Shown piece after piece: positions 16,001 through 27,771 of a stretch of DNA of 64,000 bases (position 1 is its first letter; each line of letters opens with the position of its first letter). A program made the position numbers and the translations under genes. Source of the DNA: Pelomyxa schiedti (taxonomy: Eukaryota; Protista; Evosea); NCBI GenBank assembly GCA_020536535.1, contig JAHLWZ010000803.1, positions 62,001 to 126,000 on the forward strand, written 5' to 3'. The notes under the pieces are model-generated. The model was given only the letters and a program-made list of their open reading frames with translations. It searched no databases and was not told the DNA's origin.

Positions 16001-19000
16001 CAACCCATCTCTTTCTCTTGGTAAATCTCTGTCTCTTACTGCGCCTCTATCTCGTTCCCTATCTCTATCTCGGTCTCTATCCCTGTCTCGGTCTCTATCC
16101 CGATCTCTGTCTCTGTCTCTATCTCGATCTCGGTCTCTGTCTCTGTCTCTTAGAGGATCTCTGTCTCTGTCTCTTGGAGTATCTCTGTCACGGTCTCTTG
16201 GAAGATCTCTATCTCGTGGAGAATCTCTATAATAGGGTCCAGTGTGCGTATAGAGATGTGGGGGGCTAGGAGGAGACTTGTGGGAAGGAGGGGATGTGAG
16301 TTTGCTATGGGTACTTGTTTGTGACGAAGCCATTGTGGGTGATGAAGGACGGGGGTGAAGTTGGGTATTTGATGAAGGAAATTGCGCGTGAGAAGGAGAC
16401 AGTGGGGATGACGAGCGAGTTGGTGATGATGAATGAACACTGGGAGAATGCCGTGTTAGGGGAGAAGGGCTGCGTTTGCGGCGAGGCGATGTCGAACGCT
16501 GGAGAGGATGATCACTCAACAAAGGTCGATGTGGGGACCGTGAGTTGGAATTTCTCCCATAAGCTTGTGATAGTTTACCTGGTGAGTGTGAGCGCTTTGA
16601 CATGGAGTGCTGCCTTCTTGATATTGGTGAGCGTGGCCGCTTACAAGGTAAAAGTGGAGGGCTTTCCAGTGAAGTGGGTGGCGGGTGATCTCCAGGTTGC
16701 TGGGCTTCTCGGGACGTTTCTGGTGTGGCTAGCATATGTGAATCTGAGCTTCGAGGTGATAAACTTTGTAAATTTGGAGGAGAATCGTGCCCTTCTATGG
16801 CAAGAGTCTTGGAAGTTGTGGTAGTTTGGGGAGATTCTTGAAGCTGAGGCGAGGAGGCATGTTCTGTACTCGAGGGAACTTGTGCAGCTGTCTGCTCGTG
16901 GTTACTATCATTTTCATCACCAGGAGAGCTGGATTGTCCAGTATTTGGTTGCAAACTCGATTGCATAACAGAAGGTTCGCCTGTTGTCCCTTGAGTGTGG
17001 TGATCTGTGGTTTCAGGTGTGGACAATGGTATGCCAGGCTCGATTTCAGGCTTAATGGATTCGGGTTTTGCCTTGGAAACAGTAGAAGCGGGTACTACTA
17101 GGTCAGTTTGTGGCACAATTTGAGATAAAGCTGGAATGTTTTGAACTGCCGTCTCCGGCTGTGAAGTGGATTTCATGCTATCATCTGAGCTCTTCAAATT
17201 TTTATCTGAAGAAACTTAGTAATTACTGTTAATAGAGGATTCACACATTTATCTATCTGTGTCCCTGTAGGAGATTCAGTAGGTGGAGCCTGTGACTCGG
17301 GGGCTGGAAGGGAAAGGCTATCAGATGGTGCACAGAGGGGAAGACGTTCTTGGTCTGTGTTGTGTTTTACAGATGAAGATTGAGGTTGTGTCTCAGTAGC
17401 CATTGCAGGGGGATCCACATTTGAGGTATCTTCTCTGTTTTTAGTTATCTTGGCCTGTTTCACTTCTTGTTGCTTTATATTGGCTTCCTCCGAACTTGCA
17501 CCTCTTTCATTGTCCCCCTTTACTTTAGGGTGGTCTTCACTGGGATTATCTACATTCTCCTCGCTTCTCTCCTCCGTATCGCTCTCACTTGATGAGGAAG
17601 AATCATAGCTATTGTCGCTGCTTGCAACCTCACTAAGTGGGCTCCTGGGGGAATCAGAATCACTACTTTTTTCAGATTGATTATCAGCAGAGTCAGAGTC
17701 AGAATCAACAAGACGTCTCCTTCGTACTAAAAAGATTAATAAAGTCTGGAGGTACTGTATGTGGCATACAGGGTTGTGATGATTCAGAGGCCTTGATATG
17801 TGATTGCCGTGGTAAAGTAGCCTTGGCCGACTTCGAATCTGACGGTGTCTCAGGGTGAGTTGAATTGTGCTTGTTGGTAGTTTGTGTGGATGGGGGATGA
17901 CGAGAAGGTGCAGTGGTAGATGCAGATGTCTCTGAGGTGCGTGCAGAAACTTTTGCAGGGTGATTTGTTGACTCTGAAGTAGTTGTTGTGGGAAGTACTG
18001 TCAACACTGGGAGAGTGTTAAGTGCTGAGTCTGGTGTGTTTGGTTGCTTTATCTCGGTTGAGGTGGCTGTTTGAGTTGCCTGTGGTTGGGATGAAAGGGG
18101 CATAGAAGAGTCACTCTCTGTCGGCTGTGTTTCTTGTTCTTTGATGAAAGCAGGGATTTGAACTGGATCATTTGGTAAAGTATTACCTATAATGTTGCTT
18201 GTCCTTGTTTGTTCTGATGGCAGACATTGCTCTTGCCGTGATGTAGAGTTTGAATTTGTGTCTGTTGAGGGTAACTGTTCAATAGGGTTGTGAGGAGTAG
18301 GTTGTGAGGATGAGTTGGAAACTGTATGGGACGAAGAAGGAACTGGGTGCGGAACAGTATGAGAAGCATATTGATCTTTCAATCTCTTCTTGGGTGGTGG
18401 AGTTGGAGTTGTTGCAGGGCGGCTGGGGTTGGTTGGGCCATCATTGTGGCTCTGTGCAGTACTACTTATTGTAGGGGCGAGTGCATCCGTTGTCTGTACT
18501 TCGTGAGACGTTTCAGATGGTGCTGGAGGTGAAATTTTGATTACTGTTGGTGAGGTTGACGTGTGTGGTTGATTTTTTTGGTCACTAACTGCGCAAGTGA
18601 CTGTTATATCCTTTTGAGTATGCTGTTGAACTTGTGTTGTGGAGACAGAGACTTTGGGCTTCATGGGTGAAATAGTTGAATTAGTTGTATTTGCTTTCTG
18701 TTGTCTGTAATGAGGAAGATGTGGAAATGGCGGTCGTTTCGGTTGTTCACTTGGGGGAGTGATCTCGTGAGTATTATTACTTGCTGACGGCGTTGCACTT
18801 GGTTGTGCTGGTCTATGTGGTATGTGCTTTTGAGTGAGTGGCGGTGTTGTGGGGGGATCGTCAGTTTCTCGGTTCGACGATACTTGGCGAGTTGAATGAG
18901 ACAACGAAACAGAAACTGTGGGAGGGTTTATCTGCAAAATATTGGAATTGTTGGTATGAGAGAAATATGGACCTTGATGCGTTTTGGCAGGCGAGGGTTG

Positions 19001-20043
19001 TCAACTTCTTTCGGGCTATCCTGAACCTTAGTATTTTTTGTCGTGCTTGATGCATTATTGTTACTAGTGTCTGTACACAGGTCGCTTGCCTCATGTGTGG
19101 ATGGGCTTGGGGTAGAAGGACTGGATGGTGACTCCTGAGCGGGTCTCTGTCTTAGGTAAATCAGACTGACCACATCCAACACTGAATAAAATAATGGATT
19201 TATACCGATTTAGTATCAAGAAGAGCAGTGCCCCGAGGACTGATTTTCCACCACCCTGGATATTTCTCGTGTGGCTGAAGACGTTTTAGTTGCAGGAATG
19301 GACAACGATGTGGAGACGCACAAGAAACAATGCAAAATCGCCTGAACAGGAGTCTTGCAAGCAACTTAGCAGGATCTTACTGAGGGAATGTGCTCTTGCA
19401 GGAACGACCATATCATATTTTTCGGACCATTTCTATTGTAAATTACCAGCTGAGAGAGAAAAAGTAAAGAGAGACCTTCAACACCAAAGAGCTGATTAGG
19501 GAAAGTGGTGCCCCTCCAGAGCAATGTCTCAACGCTTTGAGTGTCAACCCTTCAAAAAGTAAATACAAGGCATAGAAGGTCTACTTTATATAAATAAAGT
19601 GTGGTGGCGCCACTTCGTATATCAAGAAAAAAAAAAAAAAAAAAAGGGTTGGATAACGCACGTTGGACATGTGTTAGTGTGTGCCTATTACTGTTACTAT
19701 GAGCCTTATTGTTGCTGTTCGATGCCAGCTGTTTGTTGGTGTTGGCAGTGGAGTTGTTTACAACAACAACAACAGGGGGAATACGCGAAGTCACGCTGTG
19801 AGGCGGTGACGACGACGACGTGGATTGGGACGGCGTTGTGGTCGTTTGTTGCTGTGTGGGGTGGGACTGTGATTGTTGTTGCTGTTGTTGTTGCTGCTGA
19901 TGGGGTTTGGGGCTCGAAGAGGGGTTCCAGGAGTCGCGGTAGTGGGACAACATTATGGGACGCAACGACCTGGGGCTGCGCTCCACAAGCGGTTTGGTCC
20001 TCATGGCTATGGGTTTTTTTTTCCTTCTGATCTTCACCAGCAA
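13095..20043 (-). CDS. Very large low-complexity (S/P/T/H, RD-repeat) probable nuclear protein with two short globular segments; 5' end uncertain (may extend to about 20290)
   Basis: ORFs 13817-17197, 17194-17463 and 17705-18937 link through short GT-AG introns (e.g. a 43-nt intron near 17727-17769); globular exons at about 19210-19550 and 13380-13780. Confidence 0.65.
16020..16230 (-). repeat. Coding (Arg-Asp)n hexamer repeat
   Basis: (AGAGAC/AGAGAT/CGAGAT)n encoding RDRDRD... within the 1126-aa ORF. Confidence 0.9.
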
Positions 20044-20407
20044 TCAATCTGGAATATTCCGTGCAGGTGTCAGTTACCTGGCGAGCGAGAAGTGCCATTG
20101 TTACTTGGACTTATGAACAGCAAATCGTTGATGCGGAGTTCTCAAGTACAAGTACAGTTCCCTGGAACCGAGCCGCGATTTCCAATTACACGAACGGTCA
20201 GGCTGGTTTTTGATTTTTTTTTCCCTAACCAGGGCAACGTTTTTGTGGTACCAGTACTGGTGTTCCTTGAATTTGTTGTTGTCCATTGTTCCATTTTCTT
20301 TCCAGGATCAAACATCAGCTCAACGACTTCCCAAACTGAAAGATGGTCCTGTGCCTTATTCTTCATAAGAGTACCAATTTGCATTGTGAAACAAAATTTG
20401 CATTCAA

Positions 20408-21812
20408 ATGGAGTCGAAGCTGGTTGTGAGCGTTGAAGCTGACAACGTCGTTGTCATAACAACAATGGAAGACTTGTCCAACAAAAAGAAAGCGGAGGAG
20501 GAGGCGGAGCGTTGGGGATCATCACTAGTGTCACATGAACTGTGGAACCAATGTGAAACAAAATTCCAGTCAATGATGGCGAACTCAAAGGATCCAGGTT
20601 GAGTAGTTGGTTGGGTGCTTTTGTTGTGTTTTTCTGAGTGTGTTTCTTACGTTTCACCTAGAATCAAAGACTGTGAGAAGGCAGGATGTGAGGAAGCAAT
20701 GGGCAGAGGATCATCCCACATTCTCACCTTTTGAGATAGCATCGGCTGAGACAAAGGCTGGAATGATAGGGAACAAGGTCAGCATGTTGCAGTTTGCGAT
20801 GGGCTCCTTGTTGCTTTCAAACCAATGTCCAACGTTTTGCACTGCCAGACAGTATATGGAAAGGTGTGTCCGTTTCTTTCTGGGGTGATAAAGCCAGTAA
20901 TAGTTTACAGTGGGTTTGAAGGCTCGTCTAAAATGATGGCTTGTTGTCAAGGAAGATCAGAATTCAGATTATTCATCACGTGCCTGTTTTTGAACCTATT
21001 TCTTGCTGTGAGAGTTTCATAACTTTAGACGTGTCTAATTGGTAGAAAGGTGGGATCTGTTTCCTACAGTATCAGTGGTATTCTCTCCTTTGGAACCCTG
21101 GTCATTGGGATTCTGATATTTTGGGAATATAAATCAGCACCGTTCCTGTGGAAAAATGAGCTCCTATCTGGTACGCACCCAAGAGAAATACAAACCCTAA
21201 GGGTACTTTAGGAGCGATTCTGATTTTTGCGTGTTTGGGCCTTGTGTGCGCTCTGATAGGGGTGCTTTATGGGTATTTTCTGGACATTGAAGATGTGTTT
21301 TGGTGGTATAGGCTTTGGCCAATCAGTGCGACATTCCAAATGATCTATCTTGGCTTGAGCTCCTTTTTCCTTATTCACTGCTGCGTTTTGCTTTACTCTT
21401 TTTCTCCTTCAATTCAGATCCCCATACCACAGGTGACTTACCTATTCCCCCCCTTTTTTTTTTTTTTGCTGTTGTTGCTTTCTTACTGTGATAGGTAACT
21501 CTTGTGACATTCACTATCGCCACTGCTTGGAGTCTTTTGGTACTAAACTCAATTGCATGGGTTGCTTCAATTATCCTGGCAATAGCTCTCCCAGACTGGC
21601 ACATCCTCCCAATTGCCATTGTTTTTCTATGCGGTGCTATGTTTATTGTCACCTCATTGTCTCTCTTTGCGGTTGCCTACCAAACTGGATACCCCAAGAC
21701 TATGTCAATGATTGGTATTGTGACAGCCACTACCACATTGATTGGGGCTATTGGCTTCATTGTTGTCTTGTTTTTCACTGGGCATGTAATTCGACCAGAT
21801 CCCTGCAACTGA
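20408..21812 (+). CDS. Hypothetical multi-pass membrane protein, multi-exon
   Basis: Hydrophilic N-terminal exons followed by several hydrophobic exons (GLVCALIGVLYGYF; IATAWSLLVLNSIAWVASIILAIAL; LIGAIGFIVVLFF). Confidence 0.6.
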
Positions 21813-22215
21813 AAACTATCAGTGCACTGTCAATAAGTTGTAAATTGTGAAACCTGTTTTATTGCATTTGGCTCTAAATTCGCAAGTAAGGAGAAAAACA
21901 AAAAGAAAAGGCAAGAAGAAGAAAGAAATAGACCCTAAAAACAACGAGGAGTCACCAGCTCAAGGTGAGGAAAATGCACCCCTCAAGGAACTCCTAAATG
22001 TTGGCGTTGTTAAAGGTAAAGTGGTGAATAGCCAGTTGTGGGCAGAGCACCCATTCAGAAACCTGTCATATCAAAACAACGTGTTCAGACCCACAGGATA
22101 AACGGCCAGCCAAGCTTAGGACAATCACCAGTGATTAGCCGAAACTTCCTTTCAATGAACTTCTTTCACCTGTTCTGGCTTCACAAAAAAAAAACATCGT
22201 GGCGGGGGGGTTAAG

Positions 22216-23102
22216 ATGAGGACTAGCAGCGCGCTGGTGGTGGGTTTGTTGGCGATAGTGGTTTGGTGCGCGGAGGCACGTGTGATTGGACAGGGCGCAG
22301 ACTGTTCGTGGGTTTATGGCAACAACACCGATGGCAGTGCCTACACAGATGGCCAACCCATTGATGTACTGCCCCCACTTTCCCTCCCCCACCTCTCTTT
22401 GTTTCGGTTTTTGTTCAATTTACGTTAAACTTTCGTTTTGTTGTGGTAACAAACTTTTTTTACAGGTTTGTGCAGAAAATGAGGCAGCGGAACTGTGGTA
22501 TTGGGATTCTGGAAGCACAACCATTATTATTATCCCTGGTGAAACTCTGGACAACGTGCCAGCCCACAACATTTCCGAATTTGCCAAGATAAGCTGCAAG
22601 CTTGCTGTTGATGCGTTTTACTCCATGGATCCAACTCCGGCAGTAATTGTTGTCAGTGGAGGCAACGTGCACCCTGAAGGAACTCCATACAACGAGGCTT
22701 GCACTTAATACACCTTTTTTTTTACTATAGTAATTCTCACACAGGCATATGAAATGAGAAGATATTTGGTGGAAACCCTGGGTTTCCCTATCGACAAGGT
22801 TGTACTGGAGTGTTACGCACGAAATTCTGTAACAAATTTGAGAAACGTGGGCCGCTTCATGCTGGTTTTAAATATGCAGTTAAATTTGAATCCTCTCACC
22901 TCCCAAACAGACCTACAGCTCCACAATCTCCTATGTCATTTGCGACAGCCCTCAGTCTCTCACATTCATCAACACAGCCAAGAGGGAGGAAGAGGAACTG
23001 GGCTACAGTGTGGGTGAAATGAAACGTGTGGATGCTACTACTTTCACTTTTGTGCCATCCCCTGATGTAATGACACCCAGTGGTGATTCCAGGGATCCTT
23101 GA
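22216..23102 (+). CDS. Secreted DUF218/YdcF-like protein, multi-exon
   Basis: Signal peptide MRTSSALVVGLLAIVVWCAEA; motifs IIIIPG, IVVSGGNVHP, NEAYEMRRYL and LECYARNSVTNLRN. Confidence 0.8.
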
Positions 23103-23206
23103 TTGCCCTTTCCCAACCACAAAAGGCATTTTTAATTTATTGGCCCACAACAATTTGCATTTCTTTAGAAACTTTTAATTTTTTTTCCAAAAAGAAAATG
23201 AATGTA

Positions 23207-26010
23207 TCAAAGCCTCAGTCTCTTTCTTGGCTGTGAACTGCAAAACAGACTGTTAGCAGAATAATAAGGGAAGGAGATGACACGCACGGGTCGTCTTCGT
23301 TTTCATTTTCTCCATCTTCGTGTGCACGCAATCTCATTGAGGATGTTGTTGGGTCAGTTATGGCAGCTTTTTTTTAAAAAAGAAAAAGTTAGTCCCTTGT
23401 GCGTGTTGTATGAGTAGAACTAGAATTTGGTTACCTTCCATGGAATTTTCTGTTTGAGCCATGACTTTTATCAACTAAGATATGACATGCACATGTTGGT
23501 TAGGTCCGCGGTTAATGGGGAATGGGATAATTACATCATTGATTTTCTTCATGTCTTTGTCCAGCTTGGCCTCCTTCTGTTTCCTTGTTTTCCTTCCATC
23601 TGCCATTTTTACACCAAACTGAAATGCAGCTCTGGAGGGATGAGTGAGTGGTTGGTGCAAGAACAGATAGTAACGAACCTGGGCATTGCCTCTCTTGTCT
23701 GATTATACTTTTCCCAGCCTTCTTCTGTGTCAAAATCCCATCTTTTCAATCTGTTTTTGCCCTTTGGTCCCTGATCCATTTTTGAGACATCTTCATCTTC
23801 ATCACTGTCTGCTCCAAATGACGTGGACTCAAAGGCTCTGAAAACAATTAGGGTGGAAGGGAACGTGAAAGGCTTGCACACCCTGGATAGCATTCAAAAT
23901 AAGGGTCCAATTTCGTTGGATCCTGAGGAGAAAAAGAAAGTTCGGAAATTAATTACAATAGCTGAAGGGGAATTTACATACCGGCTTTGAAGGTGGCTGA
24001 TTGTGATGTGATGCCTGTGGTGGTGCCCCACCAGGGCTAGCTTTAGTTGTTTGCTTGGGTGTGTTCAAGTCTTTCTGGGGAGATGATGGTGGAGGAGAAG
24101 TCTGGGGCAAGTTTGGAGTTGGTAGTAAGGCGGTGGGCTTCGTTCTTTCAGCAGTTGGTGGGTGACTGCCAGAGCTCTGATTGGCCGGGTCTGGATTCTT
24201 ATTCTGGCTTTGGTTCTGATTCGGGTTCTGGCTCTCTAAATCTAGGGACATCACACGTGCTTGAGCCAAGATTAAAGAAGCTGTTGCTTTTGGATCAGTT
24301 GGTGCTGGTGCTTCCTCTGTGCTTCTCTGTGAAAATTAGAGATTTTACTTTCTCAGTAATGAAATTGTTACCTCAAAATAGGACTTAGGAGGCGCAACAG
24401 GTTGTGTTGGTGTACTTGTAGTCGAGGTTGGTGCTTTGGAACTGTCTTCTTTGTCTTTGGTGGAGAATATGTAATCTCCAACATCTGGGAATATACTATT
24501 TCAAAAGGTGAGAACTTGTTAAGACTGCAAGGTGATTAACCTATCCTCATTATCAAGAGGGGCTGAGATTGTGGGAGTTGTGACGGTGGTTGGAGGTGGT
24601 TTCTGTTAAGGCTGTAAGTTGTTATATGGAAATGAGGGAAAATACTGTGGGAGTCATGGTAGGAGATTCCTTATCTTTTCTTCTTCTTCTACCCTTGGGT
24701 GCAACACGGAGACTTGTCATAACTTTCAAAATTTTGTCCATTATGTTGTTGTCAATCCTACCAGTCATCATTGCCTTTTTTTGCTATAAGATTTTTCCCA
24801 TTCACTAGTAATGCGAACTTCATCCTGTGCCGCAGTTGTCTTGGAGCTTATAATAGTTGTTGGCATATCGGGAGCCCTCTCATCTACAGGGAAATGGTAA
24901 ACCATCCTCCCACCAATGAAAAAGTCTAAAGTGTGAGATTGGTCATGCTGGTCTTGTTGGTGTGCTTGTATGGTAGCAGCAGTGGCAACAGAAGTATTAT
25001 CACTGGTATTGAATGATGTGATGAGAGGTGCTGAAAAAAGTATTTTATATACACGCCGAGCCATGGGAGAGTGCATGGCAATGGCTGGTGTTGGTCTGTG
25101 ACAGGAGTGAGGGGAAAAAGGCAACCAGGGATAAAAGTACTCGGGTAAAGGTTTTCTCTGTTCAGGAGTGTCCTTTTCTCTTTCTTCCATTTCCTTTCTT
25201 TTCTAAGAGAAGTTAGATTTAACACCAGAACTTAGACTTTGGAACCTTCTGGAGCAAAACAAAATCCAAACCTTTCACAAGATGTGTGTGAGCTTCATCA
25301 CCACCAAGGTATTTTGATTGTTCTACAGTCAACTTCTTCACGCTGACCTCTGAGACTCTATTTGCAGTGGTAGTAAAGAGGCAGAACAGTGCATAATGTA
25401 CCCTGGTGCGGGCGGGTTCATTGTTGATAAAATCTGGGTGTCACCAACAAAATCAGGATTGTCATTTTGACGTCTTTCAGCTGCCCGGTCTCTATCAATG
25501 AATGAGTGGCTGTTCATTTATGTACTGAGGTGCCAATAAATTGCAAAGGGGCGAAACAAAAAGAAGATGGTAACGAAAATGAGCTACAAACCTGTAACCT
25601 GCCGATTTTTTCTCTGAGTTCTGTGCCCTCCTACAACATTCATTCACATTAGAGTTCTTGGACAATTTTAAAAAAAAAAAAAAAAAGTGCCCCGCCTTCC
25701 CAACACAAACACAAACACTCACGTACTGCTTCTTCCTCATTTCGCTCTTTACCCTCTTTCTGTAGGCGTCGTCGTCTTCCTCCTGCTGCTGCGCCCCGCC
25801 CTCGCCTCCTCCTCCCCCCTCCCCCGTGGCCGCCCCGCCGCCGCCGCCGCCTCCTCCCCCGCGCCCCCCTGGCTTGGGGCCCCCGCGGCCCCGCGACGGC
25901 GTCGCCCTGGTGGCCCCGCCCCCTCCCCCCGGCGTGGTCCCCACCGCCGGAGTCGACCGCGGCGTCATCATGAGCACCCGGAAGTCCTGGTTCGACAGCC
26001 CCCGCGACAT
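23207..26010 (-). CDS. IK: Protein RED (IK) spliceosomal factor, multi-exon
   Basis: N-terminal LSNQDFRVLMMTPR; C-terminal KRWDFDTEEGWEKYNQTREAMP|AAFQFGVKMADGRKTRK. Confidence 0.9.
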
Positions 26011-26370
26011 GGCCTCTTCGTTATTGCGATTTTTTTTTTTTTTAGTGATGAGAGTGTCGCCACGAAAGTTCGAGGATTTAGTTGGCTTAGTGTTGTGCCA
26101 CTCTCCTGAAGAAACGAGCGATTAACAAAACCTTTGTTGGGCTGAGGGACAGGCTAAAAGGAAGGGTGGATGACTTCGATTGTATGGTTTTATTTGTTGT
26201 ACTTAGTACTGGGCCTAAGTTGTACATTTCACCACGGCATAATGGTGACGTTCAGTTCAAAACAAAAAAAAGCGCCCAATCTGCCAAAACCAAGCCTTCT
26301 TATACCTGAAATTTAAGAGTGTAAGTGACTAGTAGGTACTAAGTAGCATATCAAACCTTGGTGGCAGAAA

Positions 26371-27354
26371 TTAAACCATCCCTTCCGGTGTCTTTGCTAC
26401 CATCTCAATCTCTGCAGCGGGCCCGGCCGGAGTAGTTGCCCTAGCCTCTACAGCCATTGGGGGCCGGGCGTCAGTCGGGAACTTACAGTTGTAAAAGTGC
26501 CAGAGCAGCGGTGTGACATAGCATGCCACCACAACATCCAGTGTGTAGTGGCGCCTTGTTAGCAGGATGCACACTATTTGAAACAAGATGAGCGGGTATA
26601 GGGCGTAATTCAGTATCTCAATGGCGCGCTTGCTCATACTGGGTGCCCCATTAGCGGTGGGCTGTATAAAAACAGGCACTGAGTAGTACTGGAACGTGAA
26701 GATGAAGGTGATGAGGGTGAACATGTGTCCACTAAAGACAAGGTCACCACAGTTCGAATTTGGAGAGACTGCCAGCCGCGTGAACACGGCCAACAGTGTC
26801 TTTGGCTGATATTCTCCTGCTGCATAACTGCGGCATATTGGAGTAACACCAGGCAGTGAGGTGGCTACATATGTGAAAAAGCGTAGAGTCTGTCCCAGCA
26901 GAAACACAGTACCCATTCGTTCCATTATGTTGTATATGTAAGGCTGTACTTTGGTCAATATTGTCTCCCCCGCCCTCATATTAAAATATCGACTCCAATT
27001 GTATTTAATAGCCATTAAGGTACAGTAGGGAAACCAGTATACCTTCGTGGTTGACAGAGTATTGCCAATGAGAGTGTAGAGGCACAGGATAAGAATAAGT
27101 AAACCAATAATCTTGATCGGAAGATCAGCGAGAGTGCGCGCTGCCACGGAGTTCTCGAGATTTGGTAGGAGCGAGAACCCCCTATCAGACAAGACCGGTC
27201 TGCCCACCTCGTGGAAGTAAAAAACGAGGTTTCTCGCCACCATGCTGATGCAGTATACGAACCAGAAGGTCACCAAAACAAGGTATTTCCAGTGCGTTCT
27301 CAAGAGGTACCACTCCCCTTTTAATCTCTCCAGCAAATAGTCTGTCCAACGCAT
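26371..27354 (-). CDS. Sphingomyelin-synthase family / inositol-phosphorylceramide synthase-like protein (intronless)
   Basis: 327-aa ORF with multiple TM helices and motifs LRFFTY..TSLPG, CGDLVFSGH and RRHYTLDVVVA. Confidence 0.88.
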   Translation of the reverse strand: MRWTDYLLERLKGEWYLLRTHWKYLVLVTFWFVYCISMVARNLVFYFHEVGRPVLSDRGFSLLPNLENSVAARTLADLPIKIIGLLILILCLYTLIGNTLSTTKVYWFPYCTLMAIKYNWSRYFNMRAGETILTKVQPYIYNIMERMGTVFLLGQTLRFFTYVATSLPGVTPICRSYAAGEYQPKTLLAVFTRLAVSPNSNCGDLVFSGHMFTLITFIFTFQYYSVPVFIQPTANGAPSMSKRAIEILNYALYPLILFQIVCILLTRRHYTLDVVVACYVTPLLWHFYNCKFPTDARPPMAVEARATTPAGPAAEIEMVAKTPEGMV

Positions 27355-27771
27355 TTCCGGTGTCGCAACGACGCACTCTCGGCTTAAGATCTGGGTTGTG
27401 CGCCCAACGTCGGCAAAATGTTTGTTTGATGCGCCCGCGAGCAGATTGGAAGAAAAAAAAACAGGGACTTGGGAGAATGCAATCGAATGGAAGTCCTGGA
27501 AAGTGACGTGAACCGTTCAATTTTTCAGGCCTAAATCGGCCGGACTAGTTGCACAATCATCACAGCAGGCAAGAGGTACCCCGAACGGCCTATTCGACAA
27601 ATCCGATTGGAGTCAGTCAAGCTCTTCTTTTGTTTCAGATATCGCAATTGCAGTCAACCGTGCATGATGTGGCACCTCCAATCTGTGTTTCGAGCGCACT
27701 GAGCTAGACTGAATCTGGAAAGTGCCAGATGGCAAAAGTGGGGGTTCTTTCACAGAACAGCTGCGATTCTG

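Noticed and set aside
21847-22101. 84-aa lysine-rich ORF between two genes
   Set aside because: No ATG, no recognisable domain and no clear splice link.
27660-27715. Possible C/D box snoRNA (ATGATG...CTGA...CTGA)
   Set aside because: Imperfect C box, no terminal stem and no convincing rRNA antisense element.
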